Part shown: piece after piece, positions 55,420-64,000 of the stretch | Layout: every line of letters begins with the position of its first letter | Numbering within the stretch: the first letter of the stretch is position 1 | Assembly: GCF_039541115.1 (NCBI RefSeq) | Contig: NZ_BAABFP010000004.1 | Location: forward strand, 124,001-188,000 | DNA from: Angustibacter luteus | Lineage (GTDB): Bacteria; Actinomycetota; Actinomycetes; Actinomycetales; Angustibacteraceae | DNA length: 64,000 nt | Reading direction: 5' to 3' | Notes under the pieces: model-generated | Told to the model about the DNA's origin: nothing | Seen by the model: only the letters and a program-made list of their open reading frames with translations | The model's database searches: none | Translations under genes and position numbers: made by a program

Positions 55420-55448
55420 CGGGCCATTATGGTCCGCGCGCGCGACCT

Positions 55449-56468
55449 CTATCGTCGACGCTCCGACCGCACGACGATCACCCGTTGGACGACGATGAAG
55501 AGCAGCAGCAGGAGGCCGATGATGATCCGGGTCCACGCCTGCTCGGCGCCCATGAAGGAGATCACCGTCTTGATGGTGCCGTAGACGAACACCCCGATCA
55601 TCGACCCGAGCACGTACCCGGTGCCGCCGGACAGCAGCGTGCCGCCGATGACCACCGCAGCGATCACGTCCAGCTCGGTGCCGATCCCGTTGCGGGGGTA
55701 GCCGGCCCCCGAGTACGCGGTCAGCACCAGCCCGGCCAGTCCGCCGCAGGCGCCGCTGATCACGTACACCAGCACCTTGGTCCGGGCCACCTCCAGACCC
55801 ATCAGCCGCGCGGACTGCTCGTTGCCGCCGACCGCGTAGATGGTCCGCCCGAACCGGGTGGCGACCATGACGAAGGCGCCGACGAGGACGACCAGCAGCG
55901 CGATGATCCCGGTCGGCGTGATGTACCACTGGCCGACGGCGAACCGCTTCGTCTCCAGCCACAGCACGCCGGAGTGCTCGACCCGGACCGACTTCAGGCT
56001 CACCACGTAGGCGAGCCCACGCGCCAGGAACAGACCGGCCAGCGAGGCGATGAACGGCTGCACGTCGAAGAACTGCACGAGGACGCCGATGACCAGCCCG
56101 ATGGCGGCGCCGACGAGGATGGTCAGCGGCACCACCAGGTACGGGCTGACGCCCGCGCTGAGCAGCTTCGCGCACAGGATCCCGGTCAGCGCCAGCACCG
56201 ACCCCACGGACAGGTCGATGCCACCGGTGACGATGACGAACGTCATCCCCACCGCGAGGATGAGCAGGAAGGCGTTGTCCAGCAACAGCGCCGACATGTT
56301 CAACGGCGTGACGAAGTTGCCGAAGTAGAGCTGGGCACCGACCAGCAGCAGCACGAAGATCGTGACCGCGGCGAACGTCGGCATCAGCGAGGAGCGGCGG
56401 CTCAGGAACGCGCGGAGCGCCGAGGGGAACCCCGCGAGGCGCCGGCCGTCAGCGGTGATGCTGCTCAT
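55449..56468 (-). CDS. Sugar ABC transporter permease (YjfF-like)
   Basis: GGIDLSVG, FGRTIYAVGGNE.SARLMG, ELDVIAAVVIGGT. Confidence 0.9.
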   Translation of the reverse strand: MSSITADGRRLAGFPSALRAFLSRRSSLMPTFAAVTIFVLLLVGAQLYFGNFVTPLNMSALLLDNAFLLILAVGMTFVIVTGGIDLSVGSVLALTGILCAKLLSAGVSPYLVVPLTILVGAAIGLVIGVLVQFFDVQPFIASLAGLFLARGLAYVVSLKSVRVEHSGVLWLETKRFAVGQWYITPTGIIALLVVLVGAFVMVATRFGRTIYAVGGNEQSARLMGLEVARTKVLVYVISGACGGLAGLVLTAYSGAGYPRNGIGTELDVIAAVVIGGTLLSGGTGYVLGSMIGVFVYGTIKTVISFMGAEQAWTRIIIGLLLLLFIVVQRVIVVRSERRR

Positions 56469-57514
56469 GCCGCGACCTTCGCCTTCTCGACCTGGGAGCC
56501 GGTTTCTCGGGCCCGACCTCGTCGCACGAGCGAGCCGGCCACCCGGTGCACGCGCGGCGCCTGGATCAGCACGACGAGGATCACCACGGCGGCGAAGAAC
56601 ACCGGCGCCTCCGCCGACGGGACGCCGAGGAAGAGGATCGTGGACTGCAGGGTCTGGATGATGAGCACCCCGATGACCGTGCCGGCGATGCTGAACTTCC
56701 CGCCCAGCAACGACGTCCCGCCCAGCACGACGGCCAGGATCGCGTACAGCTCGATCAGCTCGCCGGCGGCGTTGGCGTCCGCCGCCATGATGTTCGAGCT
56801 GTAGATGATGCCGGCGACGCCGGCCAGGCCGGCGCTCGCGACGTACGCGGTGAAGATGATCCCGCGGGAGCGGACGCCGGCCAGCCGGCTCGCCTCGGGG
56901 TTGATGCCCACCGCCTCGGTGAGCACTCCCAACGCGGTACGGCGTTCCACCAGGGCCACGACGACGATCGCGACCACCGCGATGATGAACGCGAACGGCA
57001 CCCAGAACAGGTAGCCGCTCGCGAAGTACTTCAGCGGCGGGCTGACGACCGTGGTGATGAAGCCGCCGGTGATCAGCAGCGCCACGCCGCGGCCGGCCAG
57101 CATCAGCACCAGCGTCGCGATGATCGGCTGGATCTTCGCGACCGCCACCAGGAAGCCGTTCCACACCCCGAGCAGGAGCGAGAGGCCGACGCCGGCCGCC
57201 ATCGCCATCAGGACCGTACCGAGACTGCCCGAGCTGCCCGACCCGTCGATGATGGTGAGGGTGACGGCGCCGGAGATCGCCATGACCGCGCCGACGGACA
57301 GGTCGATGCCCCGGGTGGCGATGACCAGGGTCATCCCCAGCGCGACCAGCATCAGCGGGGCGCTCTGCCGCAGGATGTCGATCGGGGCGCCGTACAGCTC
57401 GCCCTCGCGGAGCGTCACCTTGATGAACCTCGGGCGCACCGCCGTGTTCAGCGCGATCAGCGCGATCAGGCAGGCGACCGGCCAGAACAGGTGGTGCTTC
57501 GTCACTCGCGTCAC
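56465..57514 (-). CDS. Sugar ABC transporter permease (YtfT-like)
   Basis: ATRGIDLSVG, EAVGINPEASRLAG, AILAVVLGGTSL; GTGA coupling. Confidence 0.9.
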   Translation of the reverse strand: MTRVTKHHLFWPVACLIALIALNTAVRPRFIKVTLREGELYGAPIDILRQSAPLMLVALGMTLVIATRGIDLSVGAVMAISGAVTLTIIDGSGSSGSLGTVLMAMAAGVGLSLLLGVWNGFLVAVAKIQPIIATLVLMLAGRGVALLITGGFITTVVSPPLKYFASGYLFWVPFAFIIAVVAIVVVALVERRTALGVLTEAVGINPEASRLAGVRSRGIIFTAYVASAGLAGVAGIIYSSNIMAADANAAGELIELYAILAVVLGGTSLLGGKFSIAGTVIGVLIIQTLQSTILFLGVPSAEAPVFFAAVVILVVLIQAPRVHRVAGSLVRRGRARETGSQVEKAKVAA

Positions 57515-59046
57515 GCCAGGCTCCCTTGGCTGTCGTTCGCCATCAGGTCGATGAGTCCGTCGAGGTCGATGGAGTGCGAGTCGCGCATCCCGATCTGGCG
57601 CCGGTCTCGCATCACCACGATGCGCTGGGCCAATCGAAGCACCTCCTCGAGCTCGGAGGAGATGAAGATGACGGCGAGCCCTTGCTCGGCGAGCTCGGCG
57701 ACCTTGCGCTGGATGTCGGCCTTGGCGCCGACGTCGACGCCGCGGGTGGGTTCGTCGAGGATGAGCAGCCGGGGCGCGGTCGCGAGCCACCGCGCGAGGA
57801 CGACCTTCTGCTGGTTGCCGCCCGAGAGGTTGCCGGCGAGCATCGCCGGGTCGGCGGGTCGCACACCGAGCGAGGTCATGAGCTCGGAGACGACGGCGTC
57901 CTGCTCGCTGCGCCGGACGCGCCGCAGCCAGCCACGACGTGCCTGCAGGCCGAGCACGATGTTCTCCGCGACCGTGAGGTCCGCGACGATGCCCTCGGCG
58001 CGCCGGTCCTCGGACGAGAACGCGATGCGGTGCTCCATCGCCACCCGCGGCGAGGACAGCTTCACGGGGTCGCCGTTCAGCTCGACCACCCCCTGGTCGG
58101 CCCGGTCCGCGCCGCACAGCAGCCGGACCAGCTCGGTGCGCCCCGAACCCAGCAACCCGGCGATCCCGACGACCTCGCCCTCGTAGACGTCGAGGTCTGC
58201 CTCGCCGAGCACCCCCCGACGGGCGATGCCCGTCGCGCGCAGGACCGGTGCACCGCCGCGGTCGATGACGCGCTCGGCGGTGGCGGAGATGGCCTCGAGC
58301 TCGGCGATCTCACGACCCACCATCTGGGTCACGAGCTGGCCGCGGGGCAGGTCCTGCAGGCGGTGCTCGCCCACGAGCTGACCGTTGCGCAGCACGGTGA
58401 TGCGGTCGGCGATCTCGTACACCTGGTCCAGGAAGTGGCTGACGAACAGGATCGCCACGCCCCTGTCCCGCAGGTCCCGGACCACCGCGAAGAGGCGCTC
58501 GACCTCGTCCCGGTCCAGGCTGGACGTCGGCTCGTCGAGGATCAGGACGCGGGCATCGAGGACCATGGCCCGGCTGATCGCGACGAGCTGCTGGACAGCG
58601 ATGGAGTGGCTCGACAGCAAGAGGTGGGTGTCGAGCTCCAGGCCGAGGCTGGCGAGGTGGCGGGCCGCCTCGTCATGGAGGCGGCGCCAGCTGATGCGCC
58701 GGGCACTTCGCGGCTCGTGCCCCAGCATGACGTTCTCGCCGATGGACAGGTTCGGGCAGAGGTTGACCTCTTGGTAGACCGTGGAGATGCCCGCGGCCTG
58801 CGCGTCCCCGGTGCTGCCGAAGACCCTCGGCTCACCGGCGATCGTGATGGTGCCGGCGTCGATCGGGTACACGCCCGTCAACGCCTTGATCAGGGTGGAC
58901 TTGCCGGCACCGTTCTCGCCCATGAGGGCGTGCACCTCGCCGGGTCTGAGGGTGAAGTCGACGCCGTCGAGCGCCAGGACCCCCGGGAAGCGGATCGTGA
59001 TGCCCCGCATCGCCACCACGGGCGCGGTCTCGCTGAGCACGGACAT
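57511..59046 (-). CDS. Sugar ABC transporter ATP-binding protein (YtfR-like)
   Basis: FPGV.AL, GENGAGKST, LDEPT, LSGGNQQK; GAGAGGA RBS. Confidence 0.93.
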   Translation of the reverse strand: MSVLSETAPVVAMRGITIRFPGVLALDGVDFTLRPGEVHALMGENGAGKSTLIKALTGVYPIDAGTITIAGEPRVFGSTGDAQAAGISTVYQEVNLCPNLSIGENVMLGHEPRSARRISWRRLHDEAARHLASLGLELDTHLLLSSHSIAVQQLVAISRAMVLDARVLILDEPTSSLDRDEVERLFAVVRDLRDRGVAILFVSHFLDQVYEIADRITVLRNGQLVGEHRLQDLPRGQLVTQMVGREIAELEAISATAERVIDRGGAPVLRATGIARRGVLGEADLDVYEGEVVGIAGLLGSGRTELVRLLCGADRADQGVVELNGDPVKLSSPRVAMEHRIAFSSEDRRAEGIVADLTVAENIVLGLQARRGWLRRVRRSEQDAVVSELMTSLGVRPADPAMLAGNLSGGNQQKVVLARWLATAPRLLILDEPTRGVDVGAKADIQRKVAELAEQGLAVIFISSELEEVLRLAQRIVVMRDRRQIGMRDSHSIDLDGLIDLMANDSQGSLA

Positions 59047-59072
59047 GTCGTCGGCCGATCCTCTCGAGGTGG

Positions 59073-59116
59073 CGACTGCGCCGGAGCCGATCAGGTGTTC
59101 GGCTCCGGCGCAGTCG
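59073..59116 (-). promoter_or_regulatory. Intra-operon stem-loop after the solute-binding protein gene
   Basis: CGACTGCGCCGGAGCCGA / TCGGCTCCGGCGCAGTCG perfect 18-bp stem, 8-nt loop. Confidence 0.7.
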
Positions 59117-59139
59117 GTCATCAGGGTGCCGCGTGAGGA

Positions 59140-60123
59140 TCAGTACGCGCGGGTGGCGATGACGGCCTTCGCCTGCTCCTGGGTGAAGGCACCGTCGGTC
59201 GCGAAGTTCTTCTTCTCCACGGTCGTGCCGGCCAGCACCTTCTTCACCAGGTCGGCGGCCTGGTCACCGAGCAGCGGGTTGCACTCCACGATGTAGTTGA
59301 TCTTGCCGTCGACCAGCGCCTGCATGCCGTCGTGGACGCCGTCGATCGAGACGATGTTGATGTCGGTGCCAGGCTTGCCGCCCGCCGCCTCGATCGCCTC
59401 GATGGCGCCGAGAGCCATGTCGTCGTTGTGTGCGAAGACGAGGTTGATGCCCTTGACGCCGTACTTCTGCAGGAACCCTTCCATGACCTTCTTGCCGCCG
59501 TCCCGGGTGAAGTCACCCGTCTGGGAGGCGATCGTCTTGATCTGGGTGCCCTTGACCGCGTCGCCGAAGCCGGCCGCCCGGTCGTTGGCCGGCGCGGAGC
59601 CGGTGGTCCCCTCGAGCACGACCATGTTGGTGGCCTTGCCCCCGTACTGCTCGGCGGCCCACTTGCCGGCCGTCTCGCCCTCCTTCTTGAAGTCGTCGCC
59701 GACCCAGCTGGCGTAGAGGTCGTCGGCCGAGGACGTCGTCCGGTCCTCCAGGACCACCGGGATCTTGGCGGTCTTGGCCTCGTTGAGGACGTCGTCCCAG
59801 CCGTCGCTGACGATCGGGGCGATCACGATGGCGTCGACGCCCTGGCTGATGAAGCTGCGCACGGCCGCGATCTGAGCGGCCGGGTCGTTGTCGGCCGCGT
59901 TGAACACCAGGTCGAAGCCCTTGTCCTTGGTGAAGGCCTTCTTCATCGACTCCGTGTTCGCGCTGCGCCACCCCGACTCCGACCCGGTCTGCGCGAACCC
60001 GACCTTGATCGTCTTGTCTCCGCCGCCACCGCCAGCCGCGTCGTCGGAGGAGTTTCCACACCCCGTGGTGACCAGCGCAAGGGCACCGACCAGGGCTACA
60101 CCGGCAAGGAACTTCTTCTTCAC
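59140..60123 (-). CDS. Sugar ABC solute-binding lipoprotein (YtfQ-like; arabinose or furanose sugars likely)
   Basis: Lipobox TTGC, GFAQ.GSESGWR.ANT, FAHNDDM, VECNPLLG; GAGGAGG RBS before GTG 60123. Confidence 0.9.
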   Translation of the reverse strand: MKKKFLAGVALVGALALVTTGCGNSSDDAAGGGGGDKTIKVGFAQTGSESGWRSANTESMKKAFTKDKGFDLVFNAADNDPAAQIAAVRSFISQGVDAIVIAPIVSDGWDDVLNEAKTAKIPVVLEDRTTSSADDLYASWVGDDFKKEGETAGKWAAEQYGGKATNMVVLEGTTGSAPANDRAAGFGDAVKGTQIKTIASQTGDFTRDGGKKVMEGFLQKYGVKGINLVFAHNDDMALGAIEAIEAAGGKPGTDINIVSIDGVHDGMQALVDGKINYIVECNPLLGDQAADLVKKVLAGTTVEKKNFATDGAFTQEQAKAVIATRAY

Positions 60124-60207
60124 GCCAGACCTCCTCGACTTGGGACCGGTCTCGCAAGACCGGCTCGGTGTGGGCGTCATTGCCCTACCGCTAGCCCACT
60201 GCGCCGG

Positions 60208-60334
60208 ATGTTAGCCCTAACATTTCCAGATTGGCCAGCATGTTATCGATAACATTCTGGTAACACGCCGCGCGTCTTCGTGACCTGTTCGGGCGTGGCT
60301 GCTGCAGCAAACCGCAGATAGTTAGCGATCACAT
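60208..60334. promoter_or_regulatory. Three LacI (AraR)-type operators
   Basis: ATGTTAGCCCTAACAT 60208-60223; ATGTTATCGATAACAT 60240-60255 (perfect palindrome); TAGTTAGCGATCACAT 60319-60334. Confidence 0.8.
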
Positions 60335-60362
60335 CCAAACTGACCCCCTACCGTGAGCACCG

Positions 60363-61364
60363 ATGAGCGCTTCGGACACCTCCCCCCGGCGCGGCGGTCG
60401 GATCGGCGTCCGGGACGTCGCCCAGCTGGCCGGCGTCTCGACCCAGACGGTCTCGCGGGTACTCAACAACTCCCCGAACCTGCGCGAGGAGACTCGGGCG
60501 CGGGTCCTCGAGGCCATGGCCGAGCTGGACTACCGGCCCAACAACGCCGCCCGCGCCCTCGGCACCGCCACGACCCGGACGCTCGGCGTCGTGGCCACGG
60601 ACGTCACGCTCCACGGCCCAGCGCTGGCGGTCGCGGCACTGGCCACGGCAGCCCGCGACGCCGGCCGGTGGATCGCCACCGCCTACGCGGACGCCACGGA
60701 CGAGGCGTCCGTGGACTCCGCCCTGTCGCACGTGCTCGGGCAGGGGGTCGACGGCATCGTGCTGGTCGCCCCCCACGTGCGCACGCGGGACGCCTTGCTG
60801 AACCACGCGTCCGGCACGCCCATGGTGGTCATGCACGGCGGCCCCGTGGACCGGCAGGCGGAGGGTACGGCGCTGGTCGTGGACCACCTGGTGAGCCTCG
60901 GGCACCGTCGCATCGGCCGGGTGGGCGGTCCGGCGGACTGGCTGGAGGAGCGGTCCCGCCGGGCGGGCCACGACGCCGCACTGGCCACGCACGGGCTCGC
61001 GGCCGGGCCGAGCTGGGGGGGCGACTGGTCGGCGGCGGCGGGGCACCGGTTGAGTACTCAGGTCGCCGACGTGGTCCGCTCGCCGAACGGGCCCACCGCC
61101 GTCGTGGTCGCCAACGACCAGATGGCCCTGGGGCTGATGGCAGGCCTGCGCGCCGGCGGGGTCGACGTCCCCGGTCAGGTCAGCGTGGTGGGGTTCGACG
61201 ACAACCCCGATGCCGCGTACTACAGCCCCCCGCTGACCACCGTGCGCCTCGACGTCGGGGCCGAGGCGCGGCGTTGCGTGGCGCAGGTCTTCGGCGACGC
61301 ACCGCCGGACGAGGGGACGGCGCCCCGGTTGGTCGCCAGGTCGTCAACCGCCGCGCCCGCCTGA
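60363..61364 (+). CDS. LacI-family regulator (AraR-like)
   Basis: VRDVAQLAGVSTQTVSRVLN, VSVVGFDD, PPLTTVR; precedes araBDA. Confidence 0.92.
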   Translation: MSASDTSPRRGGRIGVRDVAQLAGVSTQTVSRVLNNSPNLREETRARVLEAMAELDYRPNNAARALGTATTRTLGVVATDVTLHGPALAVAALATAARDAGRWIATAYADATDEASVDSALSHVLGQGVDGIVLVAPHVRTRDALLNHASGTPMVVMHGGPVDRQAEGTALVVDHLVSLGHRRIGRVGGPADWLEERSRRAGHDAALATHGLAAGPSWGGDWSAAAGHRLSTQVADVVRSPNGPTAVVVANDQMALGLMAGLRAGGVDVPGQVSVVGFDDNPDAAYYSPPLTTVRLDVGAEARRCVAQVFGDAPPDEGTAPRLVARSSTAAPA

Positions 61365-61388
61365 CCACCTCAGCCTGGCGGAGGGTGG

Positions 61389-61404
61389 ATGTTACCGGTA
61401 ACGT
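61389..61404. promoter_or_regulatory. LacI-type operator upstream of araB
   Basis: ATGTTACCGGTAACGT, same family as the 60208 and 60240 sites. Confidence 0.75.
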
Positions 61405-61440
61405 CCGCGTACACCGACCACCGTTGCGGAGGGATGTCCC

Positions 61441-63165
61441 GTGAGCGATCCAGCCGTGACGCCCGCGCCGGCACCTGACGCCGGCGAGCGGTTCACGATC
61501 GGCGTCGACTTCGGCACCCTGTCGGGGCGCGCGGTGGTGGTCCGGGTCAGCGACGGTGCCGAGCTCGGCTCCGCCGTCCACGAGTACCCGCACGCCGTGA
61601 TGGACGCCGCGCTCACCGCCGGTCCGTCGTCCAGGACCGAGCACCCGGTGGCGCTCCCCCCGGCCTGGGCCCTGCAGGTCCCGGCCGACTACGTCGAGGT
61701 GCTCCAGCACGCGGTCCCCGCCGCCGTCCGCGCCGCCGGCATCGACCCGGCCCAGGTCATCGGGCTCGGCACGGACTTCACCGCCTGCACGGTGCTGCCG
61801 GTGCTGGACGACGGCACGCCGCTGTGCGAGCTGCCCCAGTACGCCGACCGCCCGCACGCCTACGTCAAGCTCTGGCGGCACCACGCGGCCCAGCCGCACG
61901 CCGACCGCATCAACGAGCTCGCGCACGCTCGGAGCGAGTCCTGGATCACCCGCTACGGCGGCCTGATCTCCAGCGAGTGGGAGTTCGCCAAGGGCCTCCA
62001 GCTGCTCGAGGAGGACGACGAGGTCTACCACCGCATGGACCACTGGGTGGAGGCCGCGGACTGGATCATCTGGCAGCTGACCGGCCGCTACGTCCGCAAC
62101 GCCTGCACCGCCGGGTACAAGGGGATGCGCCAGGACGACCGGTACCCCGACCCAGACTTCCTGGCCGCACTGAACCCCGCCTTCGCCGGCTTCGTCGCGG
62201 ACAAGCTCGACCACGAGATCGGCCAGCTGGGCAGCGCGGCCGGCACCCTCAGCGCACGCGCGGCCGCCTGGACCGGCCTGCCGGAGGGCGTCGTCGTCGC
62301 GGTGGGCAACGTCGACGCGCACGTGACCGCACCGGCGGCGCAGGCCACCAGCCCGGGCCAGATGGTGGCCATCATGGGCACCTCGACCTGTCACGTGATG
62401 AGCCACGACGAGCTGGTCGAGGTCCCCGGGATGTGCGGCGTGGTGGACGGCGGCATCGTGTCCGGCCTGTTCGGCTACGAGGCCGGGCAGTCCGGAGTCG
62501 GCGACATCTTCGCCTGGTACGTCAAGAACCAGCTGCCCGGCCGCTACGCCGAGGAGGCCGCCGCTGCCGGGGTCTCCGTGCACCAGTACGTGACCGACCT
62601 GGCCTACGCCGAGCCCGTCGGCGCGCACGGGCTCGTGGCGCTGGACTGGCACTCGGGAAACCGATCGGTGCTGGTCGACCACGACCTGTCCGGCGTCGTC
62701 GTCGGGCAGACGCTGGCGACCCGCCCCGAGCAGGGCTACCGGGCGCTGCTCGAGGCCACCGCGTTCGGCACCAGGGTCATCGTCGAGACGTTCGCCGCGG
62801 CCGGCGTCCCGGTCACCGAGTTCATCGTCGCGGGCGGGTTGCTGACGAACCGCCACCTGATGCAGACCTACGCCGACGTCCTCCGGCTCCCGATCTCCAC
62901 CATCGCCAGCGAGCAGGGCCCGGCGCTGGGCTCGGCGATCCACGCTGCCGTCGCGGCCGGCGCCTACCCCGACGTGCGCGCCGCAGCCGCGGCCATGGGC
63001 GCGGTCAACCGGGCGGCGTACGTCCCGAACGAGGCCGACGCGGCGGCGTACGACCGGCTCTACGACGAGTACCGGCAGCTGCACGACTGGTTCGGGCGCA
63101 ACGGGAACCAGGCGATGAAGCGGCTGCGCGCGCTGCGTCACGACGTCCTCGGGAGTGCGCCGTGA
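61441..63165 (+). CDS. araB: L-ribulokinase
   Basis: GVDFGTLSGRA, DFTACT, KLWRHHAAQ, GNVDAH, MGTSTC, EAGQS.VGD. Confidence 0.93.
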   Translation: MSDPAVTPAPAPDAGERFTIGVDFGTLSGRAVVVRVSDGAELGSAVHEYPHAVMDAALTAGPSSRTEHPVALPPAWALQVPADYVEVLQHAVPAAVRAAGIDPAQVIGLGTDFTACTVLPVLDDGTPLCELPQYADRPHAYVKLWRHHAAQPHADRINELAHARSESWITRYGGLISSEWEFAKGLQLLEEDDEVYHRMDHWVEAADWIIWQLTGRYVRNACTAGYKGMRQDDRYPDPDFLAALNPAFAGFVADKLDHEIGQLGSAAGTLSARAAAWTGLPEGVVVAVGNVDAHVTAPAAQATSPGQMVAIMGTSTCHVMSHDELVEVPGMCGVVDGGIVSGLFGYEAGQSGVGDIFAWYVKNQLPGRYAEEAAAAGVSVHQYVTDLAYAEPVGAHGLVALDWHSGNRSVLVDHDLSGVVVGQTLATRPEQGYRALLEATAFGTRVIVETFAAAGVPVTEFIVAGGLLTNRHLMQTYADVLRLPISTIASEQGPALGSAIHAAVAAGAYPDVRAAAAAMGAVNRAAYVPNEADAAAYDRLYDEYRQLHDWFGRNGNQAMKRLRALRHDVLGSAP

Positions 63166-63887
63166 GTGGGTTCGGCGTCGAGGTGGACGCCGCGGTGGCG
63201 GCCGTCCGCGAGGACGTCGCGGGGCTGCACGCGGAGCTGGTCCGGTACGGGCTCGTGGTCTGGACGGCGGGGAACGTCTCGGGCCGCGTCCCCGGTGCCG
63301 ACCTGTTCGTGATCAAACCCTCCGGCGTTCCGTACGACGAGCTGTCGGCGGACCGGATGATCGTGTGCGACCTGGACGGTGTCGTCGTCCCCGGCACCGC
63401 CGGCAGCGAGCGCTCACCGTCCAGCGACACCGCCGCCCACGCCTACGTCTACCGGAACCTGCCCGAGGTCGGCGGGGTCGTGCACACCCACTCCGCCTAT
63501 GCGGTCGCCTGGGCCGCGCGCGGTGAGGCGATCCCGTGCGTGACCACCGGCATGGCGGACGAGTTCGGCGGGCCGATCCCGGTCGGCCCGTTCGCCGTGA
63601 TCGGCGACGACTCCATCGGGCGCGGCATCGTCGAGACCCTGCGCGGGCACCGGTCCCGGGCCGTGCTCATGCGCAACCACGGGCCCTTCACCATCGGCGT
63701 CACCGCGCGGGACGCCGTCAAGGCGGCGGTGCTCACCGAGGACGTCGCCCGGACCGTGCACCTCGCCCGGCAGGGCGGTGAGCCGCTGCCGATCCCACCG
63801 GACGTGATCGACCGGCTCTACGAGCGCTACCAACACGTCTACGGCCAGGCCACCGACGACCGCCGGTCCGCCGAACGAGAGGGCTGA
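63162..63887 (+). CDS. araD: L-ribulose-5-phosphate 4-epimerase
   Basis: [36 protein letters not shown] coupling. Confidence 0.93.
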   Translation: MSGFGVEVDAAVAAVREDVAGLHAELVRYGLVVWTAGNVSGRVPGADLFVIKPSGVPYDELSADRMIVCDLDGVVVPGTAGSERSPSSDTAAHAYVYRNLPEVGGVVHTHSAYAVAWAARGEAIPCVTTGMADEFGGPIPVGPFAVIGDDSIGRGIVETLRGHRSRAVLMRNHGPFTIGVTARDAVKAAVLTEDVARTVHLARQGGEPLPIPPDVIDRLYERYQHVYGQATDDRRSAEREG

Positions 63888-63888
63888 C

Positions 63889-64000
63889 ATGCCAACTCCC
63901 GCCATCGCACCCGGCCTCGACGGCTACGAGGTCTGGTTCGTCACCGGAAGCCAGACGCTGTACGGCGAGGAGACGCTGCGCCAGGTTGCCGCGCAGTCAC
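63889..64000 (+). CDS. araA: L-arabinose isomerase, 5' part (truncated by window end)
   Basis: Translates [48 protein letters not shown] is the AraA N-terminal signature. Confidence 0.9.
   Translation, partial: MPTPAIAPGLDGYEVWFVTGSQTLYGEETLRQVAAQS

Overview
High-GC actinobacterial chromosomal segment with about 58 genes, mostly housekeeping or metabolic. It contains a FadE5-like acyl-CoA dehydrogenase, an NHLRC2-like protein, a large secreted Ig/beta-propeller protein, a CopD-CtaG fusion with a nitrilase, MarR-MFS, a 2-oxoacid dehydrogenase E1a/E1b/E2 operon, Pat/HisC, an M6 (InhA-like) protease, a partial paa cluster, NDH-2, a stand-alone LanC-like protein, purB, an AlaA-type aminotransferase, two GGDEF-EAL genes, two Ogt genes, an ECF sigma factor, hemerythrin proteins, and an arabinose locus (YtfQRT/YjfF-like ABC, two LacI regulators, araB-araD-araA'). 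I saw no rRNA, tRNA, CRISPR array, integrase or transposase. Four signals stand out. (1) An AbiEi-like/DUF559 nuclease gene is bracketed by two near-identical 56-bp direct repeats, each a perfect 21-bp hairpin, which resembles a REP/RAYT-like cassette built on a different enzyme. (2) Two Ogt-containing operons 5.7 kb apart share an almost identical ECF-type leaderless promoter (CACCTCACG-N15-ACGTTYACC-N4-start), one driving the ECF sigma gene itself, which suggests a sigma/Ogt alkylation-response regulon. (3) Three sigma28/FliA/WhiG-type promoters occur. (4) An orphan LanC-like enzyme lies between a stand-alone Tudor-like protein and a VOC gene carrying a PafBC-type promoter. Many start codons were moved from the ORF track using leaderless -10 or RBS evidence. 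All family calls come from motif recognition by eye, not database searches.
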